Counted from the stretch's first letter, positions 9,498-19,213 are shown. The stretch is 64,000 nucleotides of DNA from an uncultured Chloroflexia bacterium (GCA_963772595.1 CAVYXZ010000012.1:202191-266190); one strand, 5' to 3'. Numbers and translations: made by a program. The notes: generated from the letters alone by a model not told the origin.

Positions 9498-10166
9498 ATG
9501 AAGGAATTTAATAAGCTTTCCAAGCGCCAGCAGAACATCCTGTTCTACATGGACACCTATGTGAAGCAGAACGGCTATCCGCCCACCATCCGCGAGATCG
9601 GCACGGCGACCAAGATCAACTCGACCTCGGTCGTCAATTACAATCTCAACAAGCTGGTACAGGCCGGGTATCTCGAACGCTCCGGCCAGGTGGCGCGCGG
9701 TATCCGTCTGGTGGGCGATCTGCCAGGGCGCGCGGCGCGGCAGAAAGTGGTCAAGCTGAGCGATGCGCTGGTCAATGTGCCGATGGCGGGCCGTATCGTC
9801 GCCAGCGAACCGGTTCCGGCTTACACGGACAACGGCGACTACATCGAAGTCACCCCGGCTATGTTGGGACGCGGGGCCAGCGATGAGGTTTATGCGCTGG
9901 AGGTCAAGGGCAATTCGATGATCGACGCCATGATCGCCGACGGCGATATCGTGCTGCTGCGCCACACCAGCACGGCCAGCAATGGCGATATGGTGGCCGT
10001 GTGGCTGGACGAACGCGAAGAGACGACGCTCAAACGCTTCTACCAGGAAAAAGACATGATCCGCTTGCAGCCGGAAAACCCGACGATGGAGCCGATCTAC
10101 GTCAAAGCCGACCACTGTCACGTGCAGGGGAAAGTCGTCTCGGTCATCCGGCCTTTTCGCCAGTAA
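9498..10166 (+). CDS. lexA: LexA repressor (S24 peptidase)
   Basis: N-terminal wHTH, cleavage region …ALEVKGNSMIDAMIADGDIVLL… (Ser-Lys dyad), 222 aa. Confidence 0.9.
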   Translation: MKEFNKLSKRQQNILFYMDTYVKQNGYPPTIREIGTATKINSTSVVNYNLNKLVQAGYLERSGQVARGIRLVGDLPGRAARQKVVKLSDALVNVPMAGRIVASEPVPAYTDNGDYIEVTPAMLGRGASDEVYALEVKGNSMIDAMIADGDIVLLRHTSTASNGDMVAVWLDEREETTLKRFYQEKDMIRLQPENPTMEPIYVKADHCHVQGKVVSVIRPFRQ

Positions 10167-10172
10167 ACGCGC

Positions 10173-10799
10173 GTGGCTGGCTCCGGCACGCTGGCGGAAA
10201 GCGTCGCGGCAGCGCTGCGTCATGCTATTTTTCACCGGACCTACGCGCAGGGCGAGCGGCTTATCGAGCTAAACATCGCCCAGGAGATGCACGTCAGCCA
10301 GAATACCGTCCGTGATGCGCTGCGGCTGCTGGAACAGGACGGGCTGGTGCGCAAACAGGCGCGTTACGGGACCTATGTGCGCAGCTACAGCCCGGACGAA
10401 GCGGCAGAGATTTACGCGCTGTGGACGGCGGTCGAGAGTTTGGCGCTGCGCTGGGTGCTGGTCAACATTGATGATCGCGGGATCGCCAGTTTACAGACCC
10501 TGCTGGACGATTTCCGCAGCTGTGTGACTCAAGGCCAGAACTGGCAGGCGCTTGACCTGCGTTTTGCCATTCACCAGCAGCTTATGGAGAGTGCGCAGCG
10601 TCCCCTCACCTGTGAACTGCTGCGCGGCCTGCACAATCAGGCGCGTCTGTTGGAAGCCGGCAGCATCCCTGCCACAAGTCGAATGCAAGAGACCCAACTT
10701 GACTCCTACGTCCGCCTGCTGGGGGCGATCACGCGCCGTGAGGACAGCCGCGCCCAGGAGATTCTGACCCATTGTATCCTGGGGCAGGCGGCCCCGTGA
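10173..10799 (+). CDS. GntR-family transcriptional regulator (FadR/FCD subtype), GTG start
   Basis: HTH ERLIELNIAQEMHVSQNTVRDALRLLEQDGLV followed by an FCD-like C-terminal domain. Confidence 0.75.
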   Translation: MAGSGTLAESVAAALRHAIFHRTYAQGERLIELNIAQEMHVSQNTVRDALRLLEQDGLVRKQARYGTYVRSYSPDEAAEIYALWTAVESLALRWVLVNIDDRGIASLQTLLDDFRSCVTQGQNWQALDLRFAIHQQLMESAQRPLTCELLRGLHNQARLLEAGSIPATSRMQETQLDSYVRLLGAITRREDSRAQEILTHCILGQAAP

Positions 10800-10805
10800 G
10801 TGCGC

Positions 10806-11690
10806 TTAATCGCGCCGCAGAAACTGCACCGCCAGGATTCCGCCCCCGGCCAGCAGCATCCCGGCGACCTGCTGAAGGCTGAGCGTTTCCCCCAGGAAGA
10901 TCAGCGCCAGCAGCGGGATCTGGATCATCATCGCGTTGTTGATAATGCTGCTCTCCATCGCGGAGAGAATCCGCAGCGTATGATTCCACAGTGTGAAGGC
11001 GAAGGCGGTATTCACCAGCGCCAGCCAGAGGACGATTAGCCAGCTTTGCAGACTGAGTTCCGGCCAGCCTTGCAGGGCGATTCCACTGCCGAGCAGCAGC
11101 GCAGCGCCGATTCCCATGCTGACCGTCGTTACCAGCAGCGGTGATAAGGTCGCTGCCCGGTTGATCGCACGGCCCAGCACGGAAGCGCCCGCGTTCGCCA
11201 GCACGCCGATCAGGACGATGACCAACCCCAATACCTCATTAAGCGGGATGGCCGCCGGATAGAAGAAGATCAGCACGCCCAGCACATAGATCCCCAGGCC
11301 CCACCACTGCGCCCGGCCCGGACGCTCGGCCAGCAGCGCCATACCCAGGAAGGTCACGGCGATGGTGGACAGGCTCAGCAGCAGGTTGGTTGTGATTGCG
11401 GGCAGATAGCTGAGGCCCAGGAACTGCGCACCCTGCGTCAGCGCGTAGAAGACGACTCCCAGCCCGGCCAGCAGCCCCCAGTCCCGGCGGCTGAGCCTGC
11501 GCAGAGTCCGCGCCTGTCCGCGCCCGATCAGCAGCACCAGCAGACACAGCGCCGCAATGCCATAGCGCAGCCCGGCAAAGACCAGGGCGGGGATCTCGCC
11601 CAGGCCCAGTTTGATGAGCACCCAGGAAGTAGACCAGAGGAAGGTTACGAAGAGGGCCTGCAAAACGGCCCGCAGATGCAGATCGGCCAT
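10806..11690 (-). CDS. DMT-superfamily (EamA-like) transporter
   Basis: 10 predicted TM helices and duplicated EamA-type repeats. Start taken at MADLHL. Confidence 0.7.
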   Translation of the reverse strand: MADLHLRAVLQALFVTFLWSTSWVLIKLGLGEIPALVFAGLRYGIAALCLLVLLIGRGQARTLRRLSRRDWGLLAGLGVVFYALTQGAQFLGLSYLPAITTNLLLSLSTIAVTFLGMALLAERPGRAQWWGLGIYVLGVLIFFYPAAIPLNEVLGLVIVLIGVLANAGASVLGRAINRAATLSPLLVTTVSMGIGAALLLGSGIALQGWPELSLQSWLIVLWLALVNTAFAFTLWNHTLRILSAMESSIINNAMMIQIPLLALIFLGETLSLQQVAGMLLAGGGILAVQFLRRD

Positions 11691-11955
11691 TGGATCACCT
11701 TTCGGTAGGCATAGACAAATAAGCCTCAACCTACCCCCCCAGGCTTTTATCCCTCAAAGGTGATGCCGTCACGGCACTGTCGCGCTTGGTCACGGGCCTG
11801 CAACGCAGCGGAACCCTAGCGACTTGATTGAAACACACGCGATATGCGATTGGGGTTATTGTACCGGGAAGCCCAGAAATTGAAAACGGGACCGCGGCGT
11901 GACCCGCTGCCCCGTGTGTGATGCGTGATTGGACAATCCCCACAGATACTATGTG

Positions 11956-12492
11956 TCAGCCGGTTCGTAGACGAGCGCCAACACGCCGGAACTGAAGGTC
12001 TGCGAGTTCCACGAGCTTGAGCGTCGCCGCAGTGTCGTCGTCAAAGAGCCGCTTGCCCTGGCCCAACAGTACCGGATAGACCAGCAAGCGGATGCGATCC
12101 ACCAGCTTGTGCTGTATCAGCGATCGCGCCAGCGTAGCACTGCCGTGAACCACCAGATCAGGGCCGTCCTGCTGCTTGAGGCGGGCGATTTCGTCCATGA
12201 TGTTGTCGCTGATGATGACCGAGTTGTTCCAGTCTGCCTGCTTTAGTGTGGTGGAGACCACATACTTGCGCGTGCTGTTGAAGTAGACTCCGCCAGAGGC
12301 CTCGTCGGTGCGCTGCGGCCAGGCGGCAGCAAAGCCTTCGTAGGTCACGCGGCCTATCAGCAGGGATTCATTGGCTGAGGTTTCGGCGGCTTTGAAGGCG
12401 GCGGTCTCGTCGTTCCAGTAGGGGAAGGTCCACGAGGGATCCTCCATGACGCCATCCAGCGACAGAAACTCGGTGACGATAAGCTTGCTCAT
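11956..12492 (-). CDS. dihydrofolate-reductase-like protein (RibD C-terminal domain family), copy 1
   Basis: MSKLIVTEFLSLDGVMEDPS…GRVTYEGFAAAWP…DLVVHGSATLARSLIQHKLVDRIRLLVYPVLLGQGKRLF. Confidence 0.8.
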   Translation of the reverse strand: MSKLIVTEFLSLDGVMEDPSWTFPYWNDETAAFKAAETSANESLLIGRVTYEGFAAAWPQRTDEASGGVYFNSTRKYVVSTTLKQADWNNSVIISDNIMDEIARLKQQDGPDLVVHGSATLARSLIQHKLVDRIRLLVYPVLLGQGKRLFDDDTAATLKLVELADLQFRRVGARLRTG

Positions 12493-12651
12493 GATCCTTC
12501 CTCATTTGTTTGGTGAATGCGATGCTTGCATCATAGCTCAATATCAAGCCAGGGTCTTGGAAAAAAACGACAGCGCTGCAATGTCCTGTAAAACAAGAGA
12601 GAAACAGGAAAAATTACGACATTTATTACGCAATCCGAGGTCGGAAGCATC

Positions 12652-13218
12652 TCACTCGACCGGGTGCGGCTGTAGGATTTGCGTGGGGGTCTGACCCATA
12701 AAACGCTTGAGCGTGTTGGTCAGGTGCGACTGGTCAAATAGCCGAGCGTGTAGGTCGTATCGAGGATCGGCGTCCCCTGCTGCAAGAGGGCCAGCGCCTG
12801 CTGGGCGCGCTCGATCTGCTGGAAAGTCTTGGGAGTCTAGGCCGGTGACGTGGGGGAAACGCCGCTGAAGCGTGCGCAGCGACATGGGCGGGGCCTGATT
12901 GCGCAGCACGGCCTCTACGACCGGGTCCGCCGCCAGCAGATCCTCGCGGATCAGCCGGTTGACGAAGGTATCGGCATTCTCGTAGGTGGGAATCTGCCAG
13001 GCGGCCCCCAGCAGCCAGAAGGACTGATGGGTCGCTTCTGGCAGGGTCATATCTTGCCGGTCGCGCAGCTTCTTAATCGGCAGATGCGGCATGTACGTCC
13101 CCGGCTTAAAGATGATGCCGAAGAACTCCACGCCGGAAGGGTAGTCGGCCTCGGTCGCCTTGGTCTCCGGCCGGCGCACGGTGATATTGGTCCGGCCCTG
13201 GTAAGTGGTGATGACCAT
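12652..13218 (-). CDS. AraC-family transcriptional regulator (one internal frame change)
   Basis: C-terminal dual HTH …SLRTLQRRFPHVTG…TPKTFQQIERAQQALALLQQG…YFDQSHLTNTLKRFMGQTPTQI. Confidence 0.65.
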   Translation of the reverse strand: MVITTYQGRTNITVRRPETKATEADYPSGVEFFGIIFKPGTYMPHLPIKKLRDRQDMTLPEATHQSFWLLGAAWQIPTYENADTFVNRLIREDLLAADPVVEAVLRNQAPPMSLRTLQRRFPHVTGLDSQDFPADRARPAGAGPLAAGDADPRYDLHARLFDQSHLTNTLKRFMGQTPTQILQPHPVE

Positions 13219-13231
13219 CTCCCAGTTGTAG

Positions 13232-13462
13232 GCCGCCGTCGAGGTTGTTGAGATTGTTGGTTGAGTCGGTTAGCACAGTCGGTTAGTAGCTCTCTATCAT
13301 CTGGTAGGTCACGCGATTATAGATATAGGTGTTGGTTGATTTGTGCAGGTTGTAGATGTAGCGTTTTAGTTCGTTGGTATAGATGATATAGTATATCTCG
13401 CTGTTGGGTATGGTGACGTAGATATCTAGCGAGATGTGAATGAGGAAAATCACTTTGCGCAT
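13232..13462 (-). pseudogene. decayed third DHFR-like (RibD_C) paralog with extreme strand compositional skew (plus strand almost C-free)
   Basis: Minus-strand ORF MRKVIFLIHISLDIYVTIPNSEIY…NRVTYQMIESY* keeps the family N-terminus (MRK…SLDG…GRVTYEG), but GGN codons are replaced by ATN. Confidence 0.45.
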
Positions 13463-13538
13463 CTTGATCGCTCTTTGCTTGCTGTCAATACACTCAGCAT
13501 AGAGCAGTACGCAGCTAAAGTCTTGAAAAAAACGGACA

Positions 13539-13770
13539 CTCAGGCAGGTTGCGCTGCCTGCGCGATCTGGGCTGGAGTTTGGCTGTAGAAACGCCGGAGC
13601 GAGCGGGTCATGTGCGGCTGATCGGCATAGCTGAGTTCATAGACCGCATCGAGAATTCGGCAGACCCTGTGCCAGCATGGCCGCCGCCTGCTTGGCCCGT
13701 TCGATCTGTTGGATGGTCTTGGGCGTCAGAAGTGCATAGGAAGCCGGGCCGGGGCGGCGAGTTCAGGCAG
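13539..13770 (-). pseudogene. truncated AraC-family paralog (second HTH only)
   Basis: …TPKTIQQIERAKQAAAMLAQG…DQPHMTRSLRRFYSQTPAQIAQ, homologous to the C-terminus of 12652-13218. N-terminal domain absent. Confidence 0.5.
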
Positions 13771-13885
13771 ATCGTTCTCCGGCTGACTCTGGTTTTTGGA
13801 ATTCATGTTTACACACCCTCAATCACATCACTCATTATATCGAATCACAGAGAGGGCGTAATCTTGTGCATATCGAAACCTCGCG

Positions 13886-14491
13886 CTATTTCACAATGCG
13901 GTAGTGCAAATGGGTAACGCCTGTGCCTTTGACGACAGCGATCTGTTCGAGGTCTATCGGCATGGTGCCGAGATGCTCAAACAGGCGCAGGCCGCTGCCG
14001 AGCAGCAGCGGGGCCAGGTCGATATGAATTTCATCAAGCAGACCGGCCTGAATGCACTGCTGCAAGGTGCTCGCGCTGCCGACGGCCACGTTCTTGTCTC
14101 CGGCAATGTCCCTGGCTTGCCGGATGGCGCTTTCGATGCCATCCGTGACGAAGATGAAGGGCGATCCCCATTCCTGCGGCACGCGATGAGTCAGCACCAC
14201 GACCGGCACATCGACGGGATGCTGGCCGCCCCAGGCCCCTGCAATGTCGAAGGTCCGCCGCCCGGTCACCAGGGCACCTGATGTCCGAATCACCTCGTCA
14301 AGCAGGGCCGCGCTGGCCGCCGAGACCTTAAACTGCCAGTCACCGCCCGGCATTCTGTAATCCGTATCGCCGCTGCTGTACCAGGTGAAGAGGCCCTCGC
14401 CGCCATCGCCCAGCCCATTGTCGGGGCCATCATTGGGTCCGGCGACGAAGCCATCCAGCGACATCGACATGTTGAATACGACTTTGCTCAT
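13886..14491 (-). CDS. dihydrofolate-reductase-like protein (RibD C-terminal domain family), copy 2
   Basis: MSKVVFNMSMSLDGFVAGPNDG…VAVGSASTLQQCIQAGLLDEIHIDLAPLLLGSGLRLF. Confidence 0.8.
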   Translation of the reverse strand: MSKVVFNMSMSLDGFVAGPNDGPDNGLGDGGEGLFTWYSSGDTDYRMPGGDWQFKVSAASAALLDEVIRTSGALVTGRRTFDIAGAWGGQHPVDVPVVVLTHRVPQEWGSPFIFVTDGIESAIRQARDIAGDKNVAVGSASTLQQCIQAGLLDEIHIDLAPLLLGSGLRLFEHLGTMPIDLEQIAVVKGTGVTHLHYRIVK

Positions 14492-14544
14492 GTTTGCGCT
14501 CCTGTAGGGCTGCGCCGGTCGCCCAACGCAGCCGTGCCTTCCGA

Positions 14545-15016
14545 TCAGAGAGTCGCCAGCAGGTCGTCCAGGCTCTCGTAGCTCTGGCTCGAACCGTCCG
14601 TCGCGCCGGATTGCAGCATCCCATCGCGGTCTGCTACCGATTGGAAAATCGAGGAGGTCGTCATGCGGGTCTTGCCATCCACCGCTTCGAGCGTCATGGT
14701 CTCCAGCATCACGTGGCCGGGCATCCCTTCGAACTCGAAAGTCTGGACGACCCGCTGCGGCGCGTCGATTTCGTGAAAGACCCCATGAAAGGCATATTCG
14801 CTGCCGTCCGGGTCATGTTCCACGAAGCGCCACTGGCCGCCGGGACGCGCCTCCAGGGTATCGATCTGCGTCTTCGTACGCTTCAGGCCCCACCAACGGG
14901 CCAGCAGGTCCGGCTCCGTTATGGCCCGGAAGACCAGATCACGCGGCGCATTGAAATCACGCGCGATGCGGATTTCGTGAGTATCCGGGTTCAGCCACTA
15001 CCTCAAGCTTGCTCAT
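14545..15016 (-). CDS. SRPBCC / AHSA1 (activator of Hsp90 ATPase-like) family protein, frame change near 14970
   Basis: …IRIARDFNAPRDLVFRAITEPDLLARWWG…WRFVEHDPDGSEYAFHGVFHEIDAPQRVVQTFEFEG… Its start overlaps the arsR stop (ATGA). Confidence 0.7.
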
Positions 15017-15336
15017 TCTTTGTGCTCCTCATCCTGTAATTCGTCCAAGAGCTGGTCCAGGCGCTCATAACGCTCCTCCCATAGATGGCGGTAGCTTTCC
15101 AGCCACTCATGGATTTCTTCGAGCGGTTCAGGCTGCACTTCGTAGCGCCGCCGCTGTGCCTCCTGACGCACCTTGACCAGGCCGACTTCTCGCAGCACCC
15201 GCAGGTGTTTGGAAACACCCGGCTGACTCATCCCCAACAGATCGACCAGTTCGCCGACCAGGCGCGGGCGCTCGCGCAGCAGGTCGAGAATGTGTCTGCG
15301 GGTCGGATCAGCCAGTGCTTCGAAAGTCGTCGTCAT
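15013..15336 (-). CDS. ArsR/SmtB-family metalloregulator
   Basis: ALADPTRRHILDLLRERPRLVGELVDLLGMSQPGVSKHLRVLREVGLV. Confidence 0.85.
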   Translation of the reverse strand: MTTTFEALADPTRRHILDLLRERPRLVGELVDLLGMSQPGVSKHLRVLREVGLVKVRQEAQRRRYEVQPEPLEEIHEWLESYRHLWEERYERLDQLLDELQDEEHKE

Positions 15337-15439
15337 AGAACAAATGTACCATATTTATGTATAACCGTCAAGTTATATAACTGAGAAAGTATATAACCGA
15401 GCAATACGTAAGGCCAGCCGATGGTTCTCTCGACTGGCA

Positions 15440-15465
15440 TAAAAAAAGCCCAACCAGGTTGGGCT
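15440..15465 (-). terminator. rho-independent terminator just after tRNA-Phe
   Basis: agcccaacc-agg-ttgggct hairpin followed by a run of 7 U on the minus strand. Confidence 0.6.
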
Positions 15466-15466
15466 G

Positions 15467-15539
15467 TGCCGAGGCCCAGACTTGAACTGGGGACACCCGC
15501 ATTTTCAGTGCGATGCTCTACCAACTGAGCTACCTCGGC
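15467..15539 (-). tRNA. tRNA-Phe (anticodon GAA)
   Basis: Hand-folded cloverleaf: acceptor GCCGAGG/CCTCGGC, D-arm GCTC-AGTTGGTA-GAGC, anticodon loop CTGAAAA, T-arm CCCAG-TTCAAGT-CTGGG, discriminator A. Confidence 0.9.
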
Positions 15540-15681
15540 GTGCGGCATACTATAGCATAGGCTGAGGGCGGGTTCAAGAGTGGGGATTGTTCGATCAGTC
15601 GATGAATTTAATATACAGGGGCACAGCGGTGTGTGCGTCTTGGGCCGACACGCCGGTCGGCCTCTACGAATTGTATGCTGA

Positions 15682-16821
15682 TTAGTTCGGGCGCGTCATG
15701 GGCATGATGACGTGGACGAAATCGCTGCGATTCTCCGGGCGCAGCACGCCGGGATTGTTCGCGCCGTTGCTTTGCAGGACGACCCGCTCGTCCGGGATGA
15801 CGTTCAACACGTCGATGAGATAGTCGATGTTGAAGGAAATATCCAGCGCCTCGCCCTCGACCGAAGCATCGACCATGCCGGTGTTGTCGCCGCGTTCGTT
15901 GCTGCGGCCCAGGATGACCACTTCGCCGACCTCGCCGGGGCTGCTGGGCGGCTTGACCATCACCTGCGCGTTACCGGCTGAATCGCGGGCGAAGATGGCG
16001 GCCCGTTTGCAGGCACGCAGCAAATCGCTGGTGTAGACGACGGTCTGCGTGCTGTACTGCTGCGGGATGATCGCGCCGAAATCGGGGAATTTGCCCTCCA
16101 GCAGTTGGGAGGAGATCAGCACATTGCTGAGGTGAAACAGGACGATGTCGCGTTCGCCGGGCAGGGTGATGCCCACTTCGGTATCGTCCTCGGTGATGAC
16201 GCGCGCCACTTCGGCCAGCGCCCGGCCCGGAATGACCATCGAGTAGGGCTGGTCGAAATGCCGCTCCATCTCGCCGGTACGCACGGCCAGCCGGTAGCCA
16301 TCGGCAGCAGCCATCGTCAGGATATTGTCGTTGAACTCGGTGAAAACGCCGGTCAGGATAGGCCGATTGTCCTCTTTGGCGGTGGCAAAGACCGTCTGGT
16401 TAATCATGTCTTTGAGCACACGGCCCTGCACCAGGATGTCGCCCTGGCCGTCTTCCGGCAGCAGCGGGAACTCGCCCGCGTCGATGCCTTTGATGTTGGA
16501 GACGGTCGCGCCGCAGCGAATATTCACCGTCTGGGTCGCCGGATCGAGGGACATATCGACCCGCTCCGGTGAGAGATTGTTGACCAGATCGGCCAGCGTG
16601 TTTTTAGGCAGCGTGATTTCGCCCGGCTGCTCGACCTTTGCGCCAATCCAGCAGGTAATGCTCATGCCCAGGCTCATATCCATCGCGGCCAGCTTGAGAC
16701 GGGCATCCTCCGTTTTCAACAGCACGTGACTCAGCACCGGCAGAGTCGGGCGGCTTTCAACGGCACGACCTACAATGTTCAGGCCTTTAGCCAGGTTCTC
16801 TTGTCTGACGCTCAGTCGCAT
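15682..16821 (-). CDS. dnaN: DNA polymerase III beta sliding clamp
   Basis: 379 aa, three beta-clamp domains: MRLSVRQENLAKGLNIVGRAV…, …ILTGVFTEF…, …LQSNGANNPGVLRPE… No dnaA adjacent. Confidence 0.9.
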   Translation of the reverse strand: MRLSVRQENLAKGLNIVGRAVESRPTLPVLSHVLLKTEDARLKLAAMDMSLGMSITCWIGAKVEQPGEITLPKNTLADLVNNLSPERVDMSLDPATQTVNIRCGATVSNIKGIDAGEFPLLPEDGQGDILVQGRVLKDMINQTVFATAKEDNRPILTGVFTEFNDNILTMAAADGYRLAVRTGEMERHFDQPYSMVIPGRALAEVARVITEDDTEVGITLPGERDIVLFHLSNVLISSQLLEGKFPDFGAIIPQQYSTQTVVYTSDLLRACKRAAIFARDSAGNAQVMVKPPSSPGEVGEVVILGRSNERGDNTGMVDASVEGEALDISFNIDYLIDVLNVIPDERVVLQSNGANNPGVLRPENRSDFVHVIMPMTRPN

Positions 16822-17147
16822 GGCTGCTTATCCCAAATGATGAATATATATCCCAAAATTATACTGAAGCGCGAGCGGAATCACAACAGGCAAGCAGCGG
16901 ACTGCTCAATCTCGATGGGCATTAGTCACCTCAGGTGACATAGTGACCAGGGCCGCCTGGATCAAACGCCAGCCTCGCGCTTAACAGGTCGTTTACTTTC
17001 GACGACAGATCGCTGGTGCAGCCACCCTGGCCGTAAAACGTGCATTTCCGAAAGTAAATGTAAAGTATGTGAAAAATTAACCAAAAACAAACGGGCTAAG
17101 CTTCTCCGATGCTATAATGAGCGAAATAGGCTCAAGAGGTGGACTTC

Positions 17148-17810
17148 ATGCAGTTGAGAATTGATGGTGAAGTGAAGAATTTTATCCCCATCAAGCATTT
17201 CCGGGATGCGCTGACCATACCGCGCGCTTTCGGAGTCAACATGTTCGACAAGCGTGAATGCTCCGGTCTGGGGCGTATCGACCAGGTCGGTCCTGAACTG
17301 GATGTGGTCCGGCAGGCGCTGCTGGATGCCATCCCCGGCGAGATGCCGCTGCAAGACTGGCTGGATTATCTGCCGCACCTGACCGCCTTATTCGAGAACA
17401 AACTGCATGAGATCAGCCCGGAAGTCAACCTTCGCGCCAGCGACATCGAAAACGCGGTGAGCAACTTCGAAGATGTCTGCCAGAAGCTGATCTACGCTAC
17501 CATTCAAGCACAGGCCGCCGGACGTCCCCTGCCGCGCTTCCAGAGTATCTATGAAGGCTGGCTGAGCGCTTCCACCCGCGTGACCGGCCCGGCCCACAGC
17601 TATATCCACCGGGGCGCGGTCTGGGCGGTGCAGATTGTGCGCACAGCCTACGGCAATTTCGGCCTGATCGTGTGGACCGATACCGAAACCTACTACGTCC
17701 ACGATCATGACATCTGCTGCCCGGCAGAAGGCTTCATTCACACGCTGATGAGCGATGTCGCCAGCCGCATCCTGAACTCTGCCCGGCTGGGCCTGGCTCG
17801 CACAGCCTGA
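17148..17810 (+). CDS. hypothetical protein (about 220 aa), no recognisable family
   Basis: Track ORF 17139-17810. TATAAT at about 17113-17118 and RBS agaggtgg upstream. Confidence 0.4.
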   Translation: MQLRIDGEVKNFIPIKHFRDALTIPRAFGVNMFDKRECSGLGRIDQVGPELDVVRQALLDAIPGEMPLQDWLDYLPHLTALFENKLHEISPEVNLRASDIENAVSNFEDVCQKLIYATIQAQAAGRPLPRFQSIYEGWLSASTRVTGPAHSYIHRGAVWAVQIVRTAYGNFGLIVWTDTETYYVHDHDICCPAEGFIHTLMSDVASRILNSARLGLARTA

Positions 17811-17884
17811 AATCCTCTGGTCAATCGCCTGAGATCGCCTACAATTAAGGTCGATTCGAAATAAGGCGATTGGCAGAGCGGTCC

Positions 17885-19075
17885 ATGACTTACAACAGCG
17901 ACACAAAAACTGAATATCTGGCTGAGCAGCTTGAAGACCTGAAAGCGCAGGGCCTGTTCAACACCATCCGCACGATTGAAAGCCCGATGGATGGGCACAT
18001 CGTCATTGACGGCAAGCGGGTGCTGAACCTCTGCGCCAATAATTACCTGGGGCTGGCGAATCATCCACGTCTGAAAGCCGCCGCCAAAGCCGCGATTGAC
18101 CAGTATGGCATCGGGCCGGGGGCGGTGCGCACGATTGCCGGGACGATGACGCTGCATGACCAGCTTGAAGAACGGCTGGCACAGTTCAAAGGCGCGGAGG
18201 CGACAGTCACGCTGCAAAGCGGCTTCACAGCCAATCTCGCCACCATCCCGGCGCTGGTCGGGCGCGGCGACGTGATCTTCTCCGACCAGTTGAACCATGC
18301 CAGCATCATCGACGGCTGCCGTCTCAGCCGGGCGCAGATCGTGGCCTATGCGCATGGTGATGTGGATGACCTGCGGCGCAAGATCGCCGAGACGACCGAA
18401 TATGGCAGGCGCTTGATCGTCAGCGACGGTGTCTTCAGTATGGATGGCGACATCGCCCCGCTGCCAGCACTGTGCGACGTGGCGCAGGAGCATGACATTC
18501 TGCTGATGGTCGATGACGCGCACGGCGAAGGTGTCTTAGGACGCGGCGGACGCGGCATCGTCGATCATTTCGATCTGCACGGCCAGGTCGATATTGAGAT
18601 CGGCACCATGAGCAAGGCTTTCGGCGTGGTCGGCGGCATCGTGGCCGGGAAGCGCGTCATCGTAGATTGGATCAAGCAGCGTGGACGGCCCTTCCTCTTC
18701 AGCAGCGCTATGACCGTGCCGGATGTGGCAGCCTGTCTGGAAGCGGTCAACATGCTGGAAGCGAGCGACGAACTGGTGCAGCGTCTATGGCAGAACGCCG
18801 AGTTCTTCAAAACGGAGATGGCGAAGATGGGCTTCGACGTGGGCCACAGCGCCACGCCGATTGTGCCGGTGATGCTGGGCGAGGCTAAAGTCGCGCAGGA
18901 GTTCAGCCGCTCCCTGTTGCAAGAGGGCGTCTTTGCGATGGCGATTGGCTACCCGACGGTCCCGCAGGGCACGGCGCGCATCCGCGTCATGAACAGCGCC
19001 GCCCACAGCCAGAGCGATCTGGAAGACGCGCTGGTCGCTTTCCGGGCCGTCGGCCAGGATCTGGGGATCGTATAG
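17885..19075 (+). CDS. kbl: glycine C-acetyltransferase / 2-amino-3-ketobutyrate CoA ligase (alternative start at 17870)
   Basis: PLP-dependent AOS family: CANNYLGLANHPRL…, GTMSKAFGVVGG. Paired with tdh. Confidence 0.85.
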   Translation: MTYNSDTKTEYLAEQLEDLKAQGLFNTIRTIESPMDGHIVIDGKRVLNLCANNYLGLANHPRLKAAAKAAIDQYGIGPGAVRTIAGTMTLHDQLEERLAQFKGAEATVTLQSGFTANLATIPALVGRGDVIFSDQLNHASIIDGCRLSRAQIVAYAHGDVDDLRRKIAETTEYGRRLIVSDGVFSMDGDIAPLPALCDVAQEHDILLMVDDAHGEGVLGRGGRGIVDHFDLHGQVDIEIGTMSKAFGVVGGIVAGKRVIVDWIKQRGRPFLFSSAMTVPDVAACLEAVNMLEASDELVQRLWQNAEFFKTEMAKMGFDVGHSATPIVPVMLGEAKVAQEFSRSLLQEGVFAMAIGYPTVPQGTARIRVMNSAAHSQSDLEDALVAFRAVGQDLGIV

Positions 19076-19104
19076 TGCCTCAAGATGTCGTACTGATGGT
19101 AGGG

Positions 19105-19185
19105 AAGTGCTGAGTGCCTCCCGCGGGCGAACACACGTGCGCTCCTGCGCTTACTCGGTCACTCGGCACTCATTGCTCAGCACTC
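19105..19185 (+). repeat. MITE-like inverted-repeat element between kbl and tdh. Arms gaagtgctgagtg / cattgctcagcactc; core cctcccgcgggcgaacacacgtg.
   Basis: Motifs gaagtgctgag and cctcccgcSgggcgaaSaca recur after tdh at 20257-20350. Confidence 0.5.
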
Positions 19186-19213
19186 TTAGAGAATATAAGG
19201 AACGATACGCTCT

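Noticed and set aside
13232-13462. RIP-like or cytidine-deaminase hypermutation (pure C to T on one strand) as the cause of the skewed DHFR pseudocopy
   Set aside because: Alignment to the intact paralogs needs G to T/A transversions as well as transitions on the coding strand, so simple deamination does not explain it. I kept it as a finding without assigning a mechanism.
15333-15548. 71-aa ORF on the minus strand
   Set aside because: It overlaps tRNA-Phe and its terminator entirely; it is an artefact of the ORF finder.
17812-17884. Inverted repeat CAATCGCCT-N32-AGGCGATTG upstream of kbl as a glycine/threonine riboswitch
   Set aside because: It does not resemble the glycine-riboswitch tandem aptamer. 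It may be a simple operator or leader hairpin; evidence is insufficient.
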